A DNA stretch of 62,723 nucleotides, filler included, from Octopus bimaculoides (GCF_001194135.2; 7 parts of 6 records of this genome joined end to end with filler, not necessarily neighbours in it); one strand, 5' to 3'. Counted from the whole stretch's first letter, positions 1-13,710 are shown. Numbers and translations are program-made. The notes: generated by a model from the sequence alone, not told the origin.

Positions 1-1530
1 TATATATATATATATATTAAAGTAATGGCGGACGGTTTGTGTTTATAAATATATTTGTATATGTGTCTACTTGACTGCTAATGGGTATGTATGCATGCAA
101 TTGTCACAGTGCAAACATAGTTTTGATATGAGGGTAATTTGTATTTGTTTGTTTATGTGTGTATACGTGCTTGTACGCGTATGTGCATATGTGCATATTT
201 GTTTGTGCATATTTGCATGTGTACTCAGGAGTGTACCTGTGTATGTGCATGTGCACTTTTTATGTTTCTTTTTAATATTTTTGTTAAAAAATGAATAGAT
301 TTGAAAAATAAATAATCGAACTGCCGATATTTTAATCAACCAACCGATCGATTAATTAATTAATATTTATTTAACTCACTGAGATGTAAATGATTGACCG
401 AGAAAATCGATAAGAAAACTAAACATGATCTCTAACGTTTAGTTTTCTTCTGAATTCAATCACCTGCACACGTTTGTTTCGGCTATGACTCTGAGCTTAT
501 AATGTCTACTTCGTAGCAACGTGTTTCTCAATAGTATGCAAGACAACTGTCTTCTGCCATAGCTTTTGGCCTACCACTTGCCTGAACTCGCTGGCCTTCT
601 GCCAACATTTGAAACCAATATAAGATCTGAAAATGAGGCGGTAGAGACAGTCGATTGTATCGACTCCAGTTTTTGTCAGAAACTTTATTTCATCACCAAG
701 TTCCTTCTTTTTTATTTAATCTTTTATACTTCTTTTATGGATCTTCAAGATTTTGGTCAATATTTTCTGAAGTTCACCAATGTTGCCACATGTTCCTGTT
801 CCGAACCTCGCTGCAGAAATTAGGAACCTGCTGTATATAAAATCCATGAAACAAAATATTATCTCCATAAAAGACATTAATAATATATCGTAAAAATACA
901 AATATCTAAGCAACTCTTCTTCATTCGCAACACACCAGTAACTAGTAAACCACTGCACAAACTTTATACGACTAACGGAATTTAATAATTAATATATTTC
1001 ACATTTTATATTACATATACATTTATCGTATATTTTCGCGCCAGCTGTTTGTGCATGTATAGTAGGGAGTCTTATCAATACATTATATTACATGAAAGCA
1101 AATAGAATTTAGGGAGGAAAATAAAGTGGTAAAACAGTGGACTTACAGCGAATCCCATTTTAAGCAGGTAGAAATAAGATCGTTATGAATGATATCATAC
1201 GCATAAATATACATGTATACCTACCTACCAACCTACACACACACATACAGACACATATACATGCATACATACATACATACATACATACATACGTACATAC
1301 TTACATTGTGCAACATAAGTATATATTTGTTATACAGAATATGTATACACTATACGTGATATATAAATGTATATACAACATAAATAAGTATTAATTAATT
1401 CAACGCACACAGAAGCCTATCTCAATAACAGGCAATACTAGATACCGTGAGAAAAGCGTATCATAATCTTGAAACAAATCTACTGATAACGCACTAGGAA
1501 GAAACATTACCGAATTACCTATGCTTATCG

Positions 1531-1602
<72 letters not shown>

Positions 1603-1920
1603 ATCAGAATGAAATATCAACGTCACTTAAAAACTATATACAACCCCTCCACACACACGCACGCAAGCACGAGCGCGCACACACCCACATCCGGAAGGAT
1701 AGGATTGGAAAATCATTAGTCAAAACTGGGTGTACCTAGATTATTTAATGCTTCAAAGAAATCATCGAGTATTAATAAGAAATATTGAAATATTATGTAT
1801 GTATGTATGTTTGTATGTATGTATGTATGTATATACGTATGGACGAATCTATGCATATGTACGTATGTGTGTATATATATATATATATATATGAATATAT
1901 GTATATATATATATATATGT

Positions 1921-2600
1921 AAATAATGTGGTTTTCTATACTTCTTTTATTTTTCAAAATTAAGATAAACAGAGTTCTTTTTAAATCTAAAATATACTCT
2001 CCTTCATTTTCTACAATGCTCTTCCATCTATCTGGTAGACTCGCAAGGCCCCTCTTCGAAAATTCACTTGTCCGTGATGAAAAATATTCCCCCAGTACTG
2101 TTCTCACCTCGTCTACAGAACTTTGAAGACTGCAGAATAAATGCCAGTCAGATGGAGCAAAGTCCGGCGAATAAACTGCTCCAGCTTTTGGGATGTCATC
2201 CTCGAGGTTTGCAGCCGAATATTATCCTGATGGAAGAACACCTTTCGTATTGAAACCAAAAATGGTCGTTTGTCTTCTAGCGCTGACTTAAGCCGCTCAA
2301 GCTGCTCGCAGTAGATCTTTGTTATCGTTTGGTTTGAGTTTAAAAGTTCAAAGTGGACTAAACCTTTCATATACTACCAAACAGATAACACCTTTCGTGG
2401 GTGAAGACCTTCTTTAGCCTGGTGTACCGTTGATTCTCCTTTCCCTGCCCGCTATCTTCGGCGCTTGACATTTTTATAGGCTACCCATTTCTTGTCTGAA
2501 GTCACTATTCAGTCCACAAAATGTTCATTCGTGAGACGTGACTGCAAAGAAGAGCACACATTCACTCTCTGCGCTCGAATTCCAAATACCATTCCATTAT
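1921..2600 (-). mobile_element. Degenerate, 5'-truncated mariner (Tc1/mariner, DD34D) transposase relic
   Basis: Minus strand reads IVTSDKKW (=IVTGDEKW), GLHPRKV.SVW, KGLVHFELL...YCEQLERL, FHQDN and the C-terminal [23 protein letters not shown]; stops, frameshifts, and YSPDL region deleted. Confidence 0.9.
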
Positions 2601-2647
2601 CACTACACACCGTATTAGGATAGGATTTTCAAACACCAAAATAGGGA

Positions 2648-2940
2648 AAATAGGGAAAATAAGGATGGCATATATCAATAAGATGACGACATTCTCTTAT
2701 TGAACGTCGATATGTTCGCATCATTTTTCTTGGGATGTCTACTATATTAGGATTCTAACGCACATGGATATATGTAGGATTGTGCCTAAGGGCTAATGAT
2801 CTGGTTTCTATGACCTCGGAAAGTTGAACTATGAACTTCTATGCTTCTTTTTTCTTCTTTCTTTCCATTTCCATGTTCTTTTACTCCTTTCCTCTATGTC
2901 GTCATCTTATTAATATATACCATTCTCATTTTCCCTATTT
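2648..2940. mobile_element. Putative MITE with ~45-bp imperfect terminal inverted repeats
   Basis: 2648-2692 AAATAGGGAAAATAAGGATGGCATATATCAATAAGATGACGACAT is an inverted match to 2896-2940; no TSD found. Confidence 0.55.
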
Positions 2941-3045
2941 GTCTCTCATGACGGAATATCACATTAAGACGTAACTCTTCATTTCTGTATGATTAATAAT
3001 TTACTTAAGCAATGATATTTTGTCTTTGTTTTAACATTAAACAGT

Positions 3046-3198
3046 AAGGTGGCGAGTTTGCAGAATCTCCAGCACGCCGGACGAAGTTCTGCTAAGCAGT
3101 CTGTCCGGCGTATTAGCGACATTTTGCCAGTTTTTACGTTTTGAGATCAAATTTCGTCGGTGTCCACTTCACATTTTATCCATTTGGGTCGATGTATT
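3046..3198 (+). mobile_element. SINE family A, degenerate 5' part
   Basis: Head AAGGTGGCGAG.TGCAGAATC..AGCACGCCGG matches the other family A copies in the window. Confidence 0.7.
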
Positions 3199-3866
3199 GT
3201 GTCTGTCTTACCAACCTTTCAGCCAGTTCACCGCCCTCTACCATTTAAACAATATTTTTCTTTTCGGTGATCAAGATTTCTTACACTGGAGACATTTTCT
3301 TCAGCATTTCACAACCCACAAATTCTCGTATCATTTATGTAACTGTGTCATAGCACCAGAATGTCTAATGACTGTCGAATTTAATTACGTTGTCTTTTAT
3401 TCTCTGCGGTATAGTTGGTTAGTTAGTGACATTCCGCATCTCTATACTCATAAATAAAGAAGTGCAATTCAAATATCGGTGTCTGAATTTAATTTCTATT
3501 ATTACTCTCACACAATGAATACTCACAGTATGTAGGTTTTGTTTAATAGAAAAGCAGAGAATTCACAACAACGAAGAAAAGAAAGAAATTTAAGCACGGA
3601 AATTGTTATATCGTGAATTTTCTCTAGATGTACAATTTGCGATCTGTTTGTTTAGAATTAGCTTGGTGTTTGTAATGAAAACAGCTCAGTAGATAATATT
3701 TGGGTAACAGCAGTAGGTTTGAAAAAAGCCAGACGTTTCCAAACTTAATACACTAATTATAATTAACAATGGAAACAGCGATACTTGGCAAAATAACTTT
3801 CAAGAAAACTTTGTGATAATTTTTATTCCCATAACATTTTAAGTACGCCATTCTTCATAATCTGTA

Positions 3867-3903
<37 letters not shown>

Positions 3904-4509
3904 AAGTGTGGATATGTGTGGTTAAGATTTAAAGTGAGGGTGTGAGAGAGGGGGGGTGAGGAAGTGAGTGAGAGATTGAGAGAGAGAGAATGAGGGAGAG
4001 AGAGAGAGAGAGAGAATGAAAGAGAAAGAAAAAGAGAGAGAGAGAGAGAGACTGCACTTATGTGTGTCTCCATGTGTGTGATGACATCTCTATATGTTTG
4101 TATTTGTCGTTGTGCGTTGAAATACATGCGTAAAACTAGTTGTATGTAATTGGATGCGTGTGGTTGCGTATATGCACAGACAACACATGGGTGTGTGCGT
4201 GTGTGTGCGCCCGTGTGTGAAATATATATGAGCTATATCCATATCATTACTAATAATTTAATAATACACACTGTAATAAAATATATTTTCGATTGATTAT
4301 ATAATCACTTAATTCAATGTCATGTATTAAATAAACATTTATACACAAATACATACACATTTTTGTATGTGAGTGTGTGTTTGTAGCTGTGAGTGTAAAT
4401 ACGTATATATATATGTATGTATGTGTGTGTGTGTGTGCGTGTGTGTGTATGCATGTGTGCGTGTGTGTGTATGCATGTGCGTGTGTGTGTATGCATGTGC
4501 GTGTGTACA

Positions 4510-4581
<72 letters not shown>

Positions 4582-4612
4582 TATATATATGCATATATAT
4601 GTATGTATATCC

Positions 4613-4985
4613 AGGTGCAGTTATGGCAGTGTGATTGAGTTACTCTCTTTGTAACCATGTAGCTTCGAGTTTTATCCCACTGCGTGGCACATTGAGCAAG
4701 TGCCTTCTATTATGATAGCCCTATACCGACCAATACCTTCTGAGTGAAAATATCAAAAGGAAACTGAAAGAAGCTCATCTTGTATATTTATGTTTGTGTG
4801 TATGCGTCTGAATTTGGTTTCGTCCCCATACCGCTTGACAACATGATATTTGCTTGTTTACCTCCCCGTAACCTAGCAATTCAAGAAATGAGAGATTTAT
4901 AATAAGAACCACGCTATTAAAATGCAATTACTGAGTCAAATTTTTTGGACAAAATCCCTTGAAAGCGGTTCAAGCCAGAAGTGAA
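4613..4985 (+). mobile_element. SINE family C (tRNA head, CORE-like ACCTTGGGCAAGTG segment, internal microsatellite), degenerate
   Basis: Collinear with the copies at 9482, 28011 and 39589. Confidence 0.75.
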
Positions 4986-5103
4986 TATTTCCCACTAAAT
5001 ATGAGTATTCTGAATATCTAAGATGTGAATGCCTGGTTTTTGGAAGATCCAGCTTGGTCGCAGAAGCATCGTGCATGTAATGGTGTTATCTATATTCATC
5101 CGG

Positions 5104-5750
5104 AAGGCGGCAAGCTGGTAAAATCATTAGCACGCCGGGCGAAATGCTTAGCGGTATTTCTCCGTCGCTACGATCTGAATTCAAATTTCGCCGAGGTCGA
5201 CTTTGCCTTTCATCTCTTCAGGGTCGATAAAGTAAGTAACACTGAAACACTGGGGGTCGATGTAATCTACTAGTCCCCTCCCCACAAATTTGAGGCCTTG
5301 TGCCTCCAAGTAGAAAGGATTATTTATATGTATTCGGGAGGTGGCGAGCTGGCAGAATCGTTACCAGGACGGGTGAAATTCTTAGCGGTATTTCTCCCGT
5401 CGTTACGTTTTGAGTTCAAATTCCACCGAGATCGACTTTGGCTTTCATCCTTTCAGGGTCGATAAATTAAGTACCAGTGAAACTCTGGGGTCAATGTAAT
5501 CGACTAGTCTCTTCACCCCCCCCCCACAAATTTCAGGCCTTGTGCCTTTAGTAGAAATGATTCATTTATAAGACCAGGCATTCACAATTATTTATGTTTA
5601 TTCGAAGGTGGCGAGCTGGCAGAATTGTTAACACGCTCGGCATAGTGCTTAGAGACCTTTTGTCCGCCTTTACGTTCTGAGTTCAAATTCCGCCAATGTC
5701 GACTTTGCCTTTCATCCTTTCGGGGTCGATAAATTAAGTAGCAGTGAAAC
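5104..5750 (+). mobile_element. Three head-to-tail SINE family A copies (5104-5322, 5338-5562, 5605-5750)
   Basis: Each starts GGYGGCRAGCTGGCAGAAT and carries a B-box-like GAGTTCAAATTC and GTCGACTTTGCCTTTCATC. Confidence 0.92.
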
Positions 5751-6614
5751 CAGATCCATTGTCAAGACCGTGGTGAATAAATAAATACAATTATAAACTG
5801 ATTGAATTCATCTATAGATAGACAGATCATTTGGCGGGAGTAGATTCATATTGTGTAAATGATATGATAGCATCAGTGCCTTCGTCTATATTTTTTACAA
5901 GCATCTTAATAAAACTAAAACTCTAGAGATGTTTGTGTGTACCCGAAATATCTCAGAAATAGTATATTTTATCTTAATTTATTTATTTATTTATTTATTT
6001 ATTTTTTGCATATTTATTTTCATACTTCGTCGACAGTGCAGTACACAATTTTGACAGTTGGACCTTTATTTATTAATGAAAACGATTAAACACATTCTTT
6101 TTTTGTTATTTCTTGACGAAAAATACATGGCTTCTGTGACGTCACCACACATACACACACATACAGAATACAGACACATATAATGAATGTCATGGCGTGT
6201 CGATGAACACAAACACACGTCCGGTATCTGTGACATATACACATAGTCTTTGGGCTCTCTAAGAAAATGTTTTAAAATGTCAACTATTTGACGTACAGAA
6301 TATTTTAATCATTTAAACATATTTGTAACTGAATGTGATTTCAAAATGGAAGTTGTTTGTACAGCAAGTATTTGTACAGTAAGTTGTTTGTACAGTAAGT
6401 ATGTTTTAGCTTTCTTTAAACAGACAATATTTTAATGTTTTTTTTTTAATTATTTTCAAGTCGTTAATTTCCGTAAAAGACTTTTATTTGTTTACTTTTG
6501 TTTGAAAGTGAAAGAGGAGAAAGTGAAAGATGCATGTACGTGTATATGAAATGTACGTGTGTGTGTGTGTGTGTGTGAAAGAGAGAGAGAGAGAGAGAGA
6601 AAGCNNNNNNNNNN

Positions 6615-6654
<40 letters not shown>

Positions 6655-7147
6655 GTGAGAGGAAGAGAGAGAGAGAAAGAGAGAGAGTGCGTGAACGTGT
6701 GCGTTCTCACGTACGTGTAAGTGGCATTCTCTCTCCTTCTCTCTTTCTCTTTCACACACAGACGTCCATTTCGTTGTTTGCTGCAGCCTCTTCAATTGTT
6801 GTTAGTAGTATATATACACACACACATACACACACACACACACTACACACACACACGAATACACAGAAACATGTCCCGTGTATAAACGTGGAATTATATA
6901 TTTGTAAATATAGAAATATTTATTTCGAAACCTGGAAATTGTAGACGATGTGAATCGCAAAACTTATCCTTTGTTCTCTATTTCCTGAAGAAAACGGTAG
7001 AATATTTTCATATTGGTTACAAGTTTTCCCAGCTAAGGCTTTCGGATACATAAATAACAATGGAATTTTCTTTGTTATAAGTATTTTAGATATTCTGAAT
7101 TACGCTATGCCCTCTCTTTTTCTTTCACTCTTGCTCGCTCGTTCGCA

Positions 7148-7185
<38 letters not shown>

Positions 7186-7286
7186 TAAAGTCAATAGCCA
7201 CATCGTAGTGGCTGTTCCATGTTACTACTAGTTAACCTTAGGCAGAGTCTCTTCAAGAGATTTTACAACTAGCTATTTTTCTTATA

Positions 7287-7318
<32 letters not shown>

Positions 7319-8171
7319 TTGTTTGTGTGCGTGTCTGTCTGTCTGCCTGTACTAGCCTGTATTGCAGACATGAACGTTCAGATTTATTATTTGCCTTGTG
7401 TTGTGTTTTTCAGATTTACTCATAAATTCCTCGTAATGTGCTCTAAGCAGTAAAGTTCTCACATCATGTTAGACCATCACAATCTCATCTTTTGTATGAA
7501 AGGATATATTGCGTATTGTTGCTTGTTTACTGCAGACTGACTATGATTGGTGGAGACGTCAATGCCGGAGTTGCTGTATAATATTCACACATGTAGGGCC
7601 TGCGTCGATCACTGTTTGGCCATGCACCTCAACATGATTATACAAGTTGGGCAAGACTTTTTGAGGAAGTTTACCGATTTCCGTTGCAAGAGAATATTCT
7701 CTATCAACGCCTATGATCATTATCCAAATAAAATGTTGATACGACTTGGTAATCTGTGTCATCACAGGCTTCGATACAAAGTACACAGAAGTCCTGGACT
7801 GATAAGGAAAGGTTGTTAACACTTTTGTCGATCCACCGTCTAGAACACGCACATCACACACTCACACACAACACATGTATGTGTGCTTTTGAATGTCTGT
7901 GTGTGTGTATGTGTTTGTGTATTGCATTTCATGTATGCATATACGTTCATATACATACATGGACGTAGATATATGCTTAGATAATTATTTAACTGAGAGA
8001 CAGTTCAACAAATCTAGCATAATTCCATTAATTAGTCTCCATTCGTGGAACTCTAAATCAAATCTCTGCTGTGTTATACTTTATATTTAAAATACTTGAG
8101 GTTGTATAATAGTCATTCAAACGGCTGTTACAGTCGCCAGTTGTGTGTGATTGTGTGTGAGTCTGTAAGTG

Positions 8172-8281
<110 letters not shown>

Positions 8282-8958
8282 CACCCAGGCGGAAAAAACA
8301 TTTTGAAGTTGAAGTATAACGGAATAAATATAGATATTTCCAGGAGACGAATTCTGTTTCTGCGAACAAGTTGAGCCAGCATGAATCTTCTCTATAGATT
8401 TTTACCAGGAGATATGTGAATAGTACTTCATATTTTATACATGGAGAATGAAGTATGCATACTTTCAAAACCCAGCCAACCTGACGGAATAAGGTTATGA
8501 GAAGAAAAAGAATAAGAATAAGAATAAGGAAAGGAAGTAAAATATGGTGGAATGGTGATAATAATGACAAAAGTCATATAACTGGACAGCGAATGGAACA
8601 TAAAAATAATATACAAATAGCAAATATGAATATAGTCCATAAATGCAACGGAGAAAATAGCCATAAGTGCAACAAAAAGCGTCTGTACATAAATGTGAAA
8701 TAGTTCCGGCGCTCAGGTCGGAGTGGTGCGACGAATATATTGACACCTGCCGTAGTAAATGATAAGTCAATATAAGTAGCTGTTTAATTTTAGATTGCTA
8801 AAACGGTTCTTCCTGTAATTATCTGTCTGTCTGTCTGTCTTTCTGTCTGTCTATTTATCTATCTATCTATCTAACTATTTATTTATTTATTTATTTATTT
8901 ATATGTATACATCTATGTATCTATCTCTTTACATAAGAGTATATACTTTGATATTTAA

Positions 8959-8998
<40 letters not shown>

Positions 8999-9066
8999 AA
9001 CAACACACACACACATATATATAGTAATGTATACATACCTACATAGATATATATGTGTCTGTGTGT

Positions 9067-9129
<63 letters not shown>

Positions 9130-9481
9130 TATACATATCTATGCCTGTGCATGTATAAGTGTGTGTGTGTAGTATAGCTCTAATTGATATTTTGCATTGC
9201 CTCATTCAGACATATCTATGTACTTTCCATATTATACGTATCGTACCTTTTCTTTAAGTCCCACGTCTAGAACGTAGGACATTGGCGATCATATCCTGTT
9301 ACAATTCTTTAATAATCTTTCTTTGAACAGACGTTACATAATTTAAGCATGTTCAAATATTTTCACAAATCTATTTAATTAATCTAACTTAAATAGTATA
9401 TTGTATATTTTTCATTACTGTTTATTGATCAATGCAACTTATACTGGTCTGTACTTATTCGGATAAAATGTAAATTTATAT

Positions 9482-9643
9482 AGGCTAAGGCATGGCCGTG
9501 TAGTAAGACGATTGCTTCCCAACCACATGGTTACGTGTTTAGTCCCATTGTGTGGCACCTTGGACAAGTGCCTTTTAATATAGCTTCGGGCCAACCGAAG
9601 CCTTGTCAATGAATTTGATAGAAACTGAAAGTCCGTCGTGTGC

Positions 9644-9715
<72 letters not shown>

Positions 9716-9903
9716 AGGTGTGTGTGTGCTTGTCCCCACGCACCAATGGACAACCGGTGTTGGTGTATTTATGTCTCCGTAACTTAGCGGTTCGGCAAAA
9801 AAAACAAATATAAATAACGCAGTCGATTCATTCAACTAAAATTTCTTCAAGGCAGTGCCACAGCACAGCCGCAATTAATAACTGAATGAAGTAAAACATA
9901 AAA
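9482..9903 (+). mobile_element. SINE family C, full length with internal (TA)n(TG)n
   Basis: tRNA-like head (TGGCCGTGTAGTAAG...GTTTAGTCCC), GGCACCTTGGACAAGTG, internal microsatellite, 3' GTCGATTCATTCAAC and CAGCACAGCCGCA tail. Confidence 0.9.
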
Positions 9904-11484
9904 TACAGCATTCTTTCAAACGAAGTTCTATGTATATGTTCCAAATTTTAGTTCCATTCGCGATTACATGTTTAGAAGCAAATTTTATACATAAATTTTA
10001 TGAGATAACATAATTGCGATTTAATATAGTTTTACTATTGTACTCCTTATATTTTGAGGAGCTTTTACGAAATATCTCTACTATTAGTTTTATATTTGCC
10101 ATCGCGTGTAAATATTTTATAGTTCAATTAATTAAATTTATTTTCAATTTTGTTTCGACATTTACTTCAATAATTTTCATATAAATATAACGCTTAAACC
10201 AAAAGCGCTTGACAGATACACAAGCAGATACACATATAAAGGTAAACATAATATTTATATCGATACTTAAAATCGTTAAAATACTAGAGATAATACTTTA
10301 AAATGCTATGCATAATAAATTGGTACACATGTTTTAAACTAAATAGTTATGGGAACGTTATAAAGTAATATTATTTTTGATTAGGCTTTTAATACGATTG
10401 ATGTCTTTTGTAAGCAACACAATCTCACAAATTTCACACGTAGAAATATACAAATATATACATACACGTACAGGCGCATATATACATATATAAATATTAA
10501 CAAGAAGAATTGAGTAAGCAACACGTTTTATTGCATATTGCATATATATATCAGTCTCCCATACGTTCACACACGCACGCACAATTTAGCCTAACACATC
10601 AAATTATTTTTAAGTGTTCATAGATAAACTTTATTCACCTTTTCTTCTAGCGAGTTTTATAGATTTAATCCCCTAGTAGTCCTTTTTTACGCTTGACCGA
10701 TGACTGATCTTTATTTACTCATGTCGTTATTTTTTCGTTGATATATATGTTTTTTTTTTTCGATTTTGTTTTATATATTCATATTCGTAGTAAACTTTCA
10801 TTCTTTCATATAGTTTTTATAGTCTGTTTTTTAATTCGTTTACGTTATTTTATCTACCGAATCTCCAACACCAAACTTCGAATTTTATTTCTCACCTTTG
10901 ACCTTACGAATCAAATTGCTGCCAATGAAGAAAACAAGTCCTCTTTTCATTGAACACTACCTGAACAGTCAGTTCCATTTACTAAAGCTTTCCATTTTTA
11001 TTTCTATATGAACAACAAAAGAAAGTGTGCTTACGGCGTGAGTAATTCATCCTACGATACTAAAATTCTCAGTCAAAACTTATTTTATTATAGATTTGAC
11101 TCTACTTGTATTGAGTTTCCCTATCTGAAAACGTCTTGCTGTCAGTCATAAAATTGCTTTAAAACTATCAAATGTTAATTTAATACATGCTCACACACAC
11201 AGTCACATACATACATACATACATATGTATGTATGTATGTATGATTGTCAATGTATGTATGAGCAGTAAAAGGGCCATCCATCAATATATTTGTACATGT
11301 GTATGAATACATGTATGTATGCGCAGGGACGTGGAAATACCTGAGTTGTTGTCCAGGCACGCGGTTGGTTCACTGGGAGTGGGAGGCCCGTCTGTTGTTA
11401 TCTTTGAGAGAAAACCTGCGGCCCTGACATTTTTCGGTGATGTACACTAGTTCTTTTTTTCGAGTTTATGTTGTCCATGTTCAG

Positions 11485-11509
11485 AAAGTGAACTGGATCG
11501 CGTGAAAAA
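11485..11509 (+). CDS. Candidate 25-nt micro-exon (xSELDRVKx), product unknown
   Basis: TTATGTTGTCCATGTTCAG| acceptor and |GTAAGA donor in unique sequence; splice signals are the only support. Confidence 0.15.
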
Positions 11510-11705
11510 GTAAGACCTATCACAAAAAATGGCTGGTTGTAGCCTTAAAGACAATCATTCAAATGCAACGTATTCAGCTGTATGGTAAAGAATGTACAAC
11601 TTTGGCTGGACCGAAGAGACATATACGTATACGAACATTGTATGTGTAGGATTTTCAATCAAGCGATGGCAATACTCGAACACGCGTTTACAGCCATTAT
11701 GTATG

Positions 11706-11736
<31 letters not shown>

Positions 11737-11760
11737 GTAGGTAGGTAGGTATGTATATTC

Positions 11761-11963
11761 TTTCCAGTTTTATTTCAAGATTTCTTGCGAATAGAGAAAG
11801 AGCCAGTTTCTTCTTAGATCCAAGGCTCCTTCATTGAAATTTCAGCATCTACAACAGAGTATTTTTGTTTTATGTCATTATTCAGTTTATTTCAAGATTT
11901 CTTGCTATTAGAGAAAGAACCTTCATTGGAATTTCACCATCAATAAAAGGGTGTCTTTGGTTT
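11761..11963 (-). repeat. Tandem-duplicated ~110-120-bp unit embedded in (ATGT)n, probably a retroposon tail
   Basis: CAGTTT(T)ATTTCAAGATTTCTTGC..TAGAGAAAGA...CCTTCATTG.AATTTCA occurs at ~11763 and ~11883. Confidence 0.65.
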
Positions 11964-13130
11964 TGTATATAAGTATGTATGAATGTATGTATGTATGAAT
12001 GTATGTATGTATGTATGTATGTATGTATGTATGTATGTATGTATGTATGGTTTATGTATGTATTCTCACGCATATCGTTCCATATCTAGACATACTCATA
12101 TATATTTAAATGATAAACTTCTGGAAAGTTTTACAGATTTTTACAGTTCCAGTGATGGATTGGATCTGTAGTTTTCGAATTAGCTTTCTACTTTATGGCT
12201 TTGAGAAGCCTAATTTCTCAAGATTGTTATTTAGGCAGTGTGTTACCTACCCCAGGGTCCCAATAATTAAGTAATTATGTATGTATTTGCATATGTAATC
12301 AGTCATACACATATATAAACTTATCCAATGAGAGAGAGGGGGGAGAAAGAGGTGAGGAGAGAGAGAACGGGGGAGAGAGAGGGAAGGAGGGAGGTGGGGA
12401 AAGAGAAAACGGTGGAGGGAGAGAGAGAAAAACAGTAAAATGTATTGAAAGCTAACCAGATTGATATACAATGAACGCTGTCCATGTACAAATAAAGACA
12501 AATACGTACACATAAACAAAAAGAGAGAAGGAGTAAGAGGTAGAGAATAAAAGAGAGAGAGAGGGTGAGTGAGAGTAATAATACAAGCTGAAATATCTAA
12601 AATGGTGTTATCATCATTTACATGCCACAAATACACAGCAAAAGTTTATAAATGTTATCAACAGAAAACATTGATCAAAAATATAACTTTAGTCAATTTT
12701 TCATTTCAGTTCAAGAACTGATTTATGATCAGGTGCCAAAAGACATGACACCCACCAAGCAGAAACCGCCGTCATGTCAAGTTCATTACGCAGAATATTC
12801 TCAACTCTCATTCGGGATATGCTAACATTGCTTATTTGATTTATAGTTCATTTGCTATTTGATTTATATTTAATGTTCTTCAGAGCTAGACCCTTTTTAA
12901 TGCAGGAACTTGATAACACCATGATGCCAACATTTGTCCATTTTCAAGAGAAATCACTACTAATTATATTTGAAATCTTCTTTGAATAGGCAGATGTCAC
13001 TTTAGCTAGAAAGGAACAATGCAGTTATTAATAAGTAGACTTGAAATTAATGTATGCAAGATTTCATAGTTGCAGCATCACTCTTTCATAGTCAGCCTAT
13101 GAACTTTTCAGTCCAACCTCGTAGAATAAT

Positions 13131-13345
13131 CCTTTCTGCTATAGGCAAATGGCTTGAAATTTTGGGCGAAGGGGTTAGTCGGTAATATCTACCCTCAGTA
13201 AGCAACTGGTACTTAATTTATCGACCCCGAAATGATGAAAGGCAAAGTCGACCTCGGTGGAAGTTGAACTCTGGACGTAGTGACGAACGAAATATCGCCA
13301 AGCATTTCGCCCGGCTTGCTAACTATTCTGCCATCTCGCTGCCTT
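13131..13345 (-). mobile_element. SINE family A, full length with 17-bp TSD
   Basis: CAACCTCGTAGAATAAT at 13114-13130 and 13346-13362. Confidence 0.95.
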
Positions 13346-13419
13346 CAACCTCGTAGAATAATAACACAATTTTACAGCGCCAAAACGTCTCAGGGTTAAA
13401 ACAACCATCCGATGTCCAG

Positions 13420-13442
13420 TATTGAACTGAAAGAAGCCCGAC

Positions 13443-13482
<40 letters not shown>

Positions 13483-13710
13483 ATGGATATACATATATAT
13501 GTGTGTGTGTGCTTGCGTGTGTATGTGTGTATCTTTGTGTCCGTGTTTGTACTCCAATGTCACTTTACAACTCAGTGGTTCTACAAAAGTGACCGTTAGC
13601 ATGTTCCAGGCTTTACAAAAATTAAGTACTGGGATCGATTCATTCGACTAAAAGTGTCTCGAGGTGGTGCCCCAGCATGGCCACAGTCTAATGACTGAAA
13701 GAAATGAAAA
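13420..13710 (+). mobile_element. SINE family C, 5'-truncated
   Basis: AACTGAAAGAAGCCCGACG-(TA)n...GGTGGTGCCCCAGCATGGCCACAGTCTAATGACTGAAA. Confidence 0.85.

Noticed and set aside
5104-5750. Regularly spaced repeats as a CRISPR-like array
   Set aside because: Units are ~220-bp SINE copies in a eukaryotic context; no short repeat-spacer structure and no cas genes.
6137-6144. CRE palindrome TGACGTCA (also 26894-26901)
   Set aside because: Two 8-mers in 62 kb is near chance expectation and there is no linked gene.
8736-8774. 9-bp inverted repeat TATATTGAC/GTCAATATA (possible miRNA or terminator hairpin)
   Set aside because: Short and AT-rich, expected by chance, and too short for a pre-miRNA stem.
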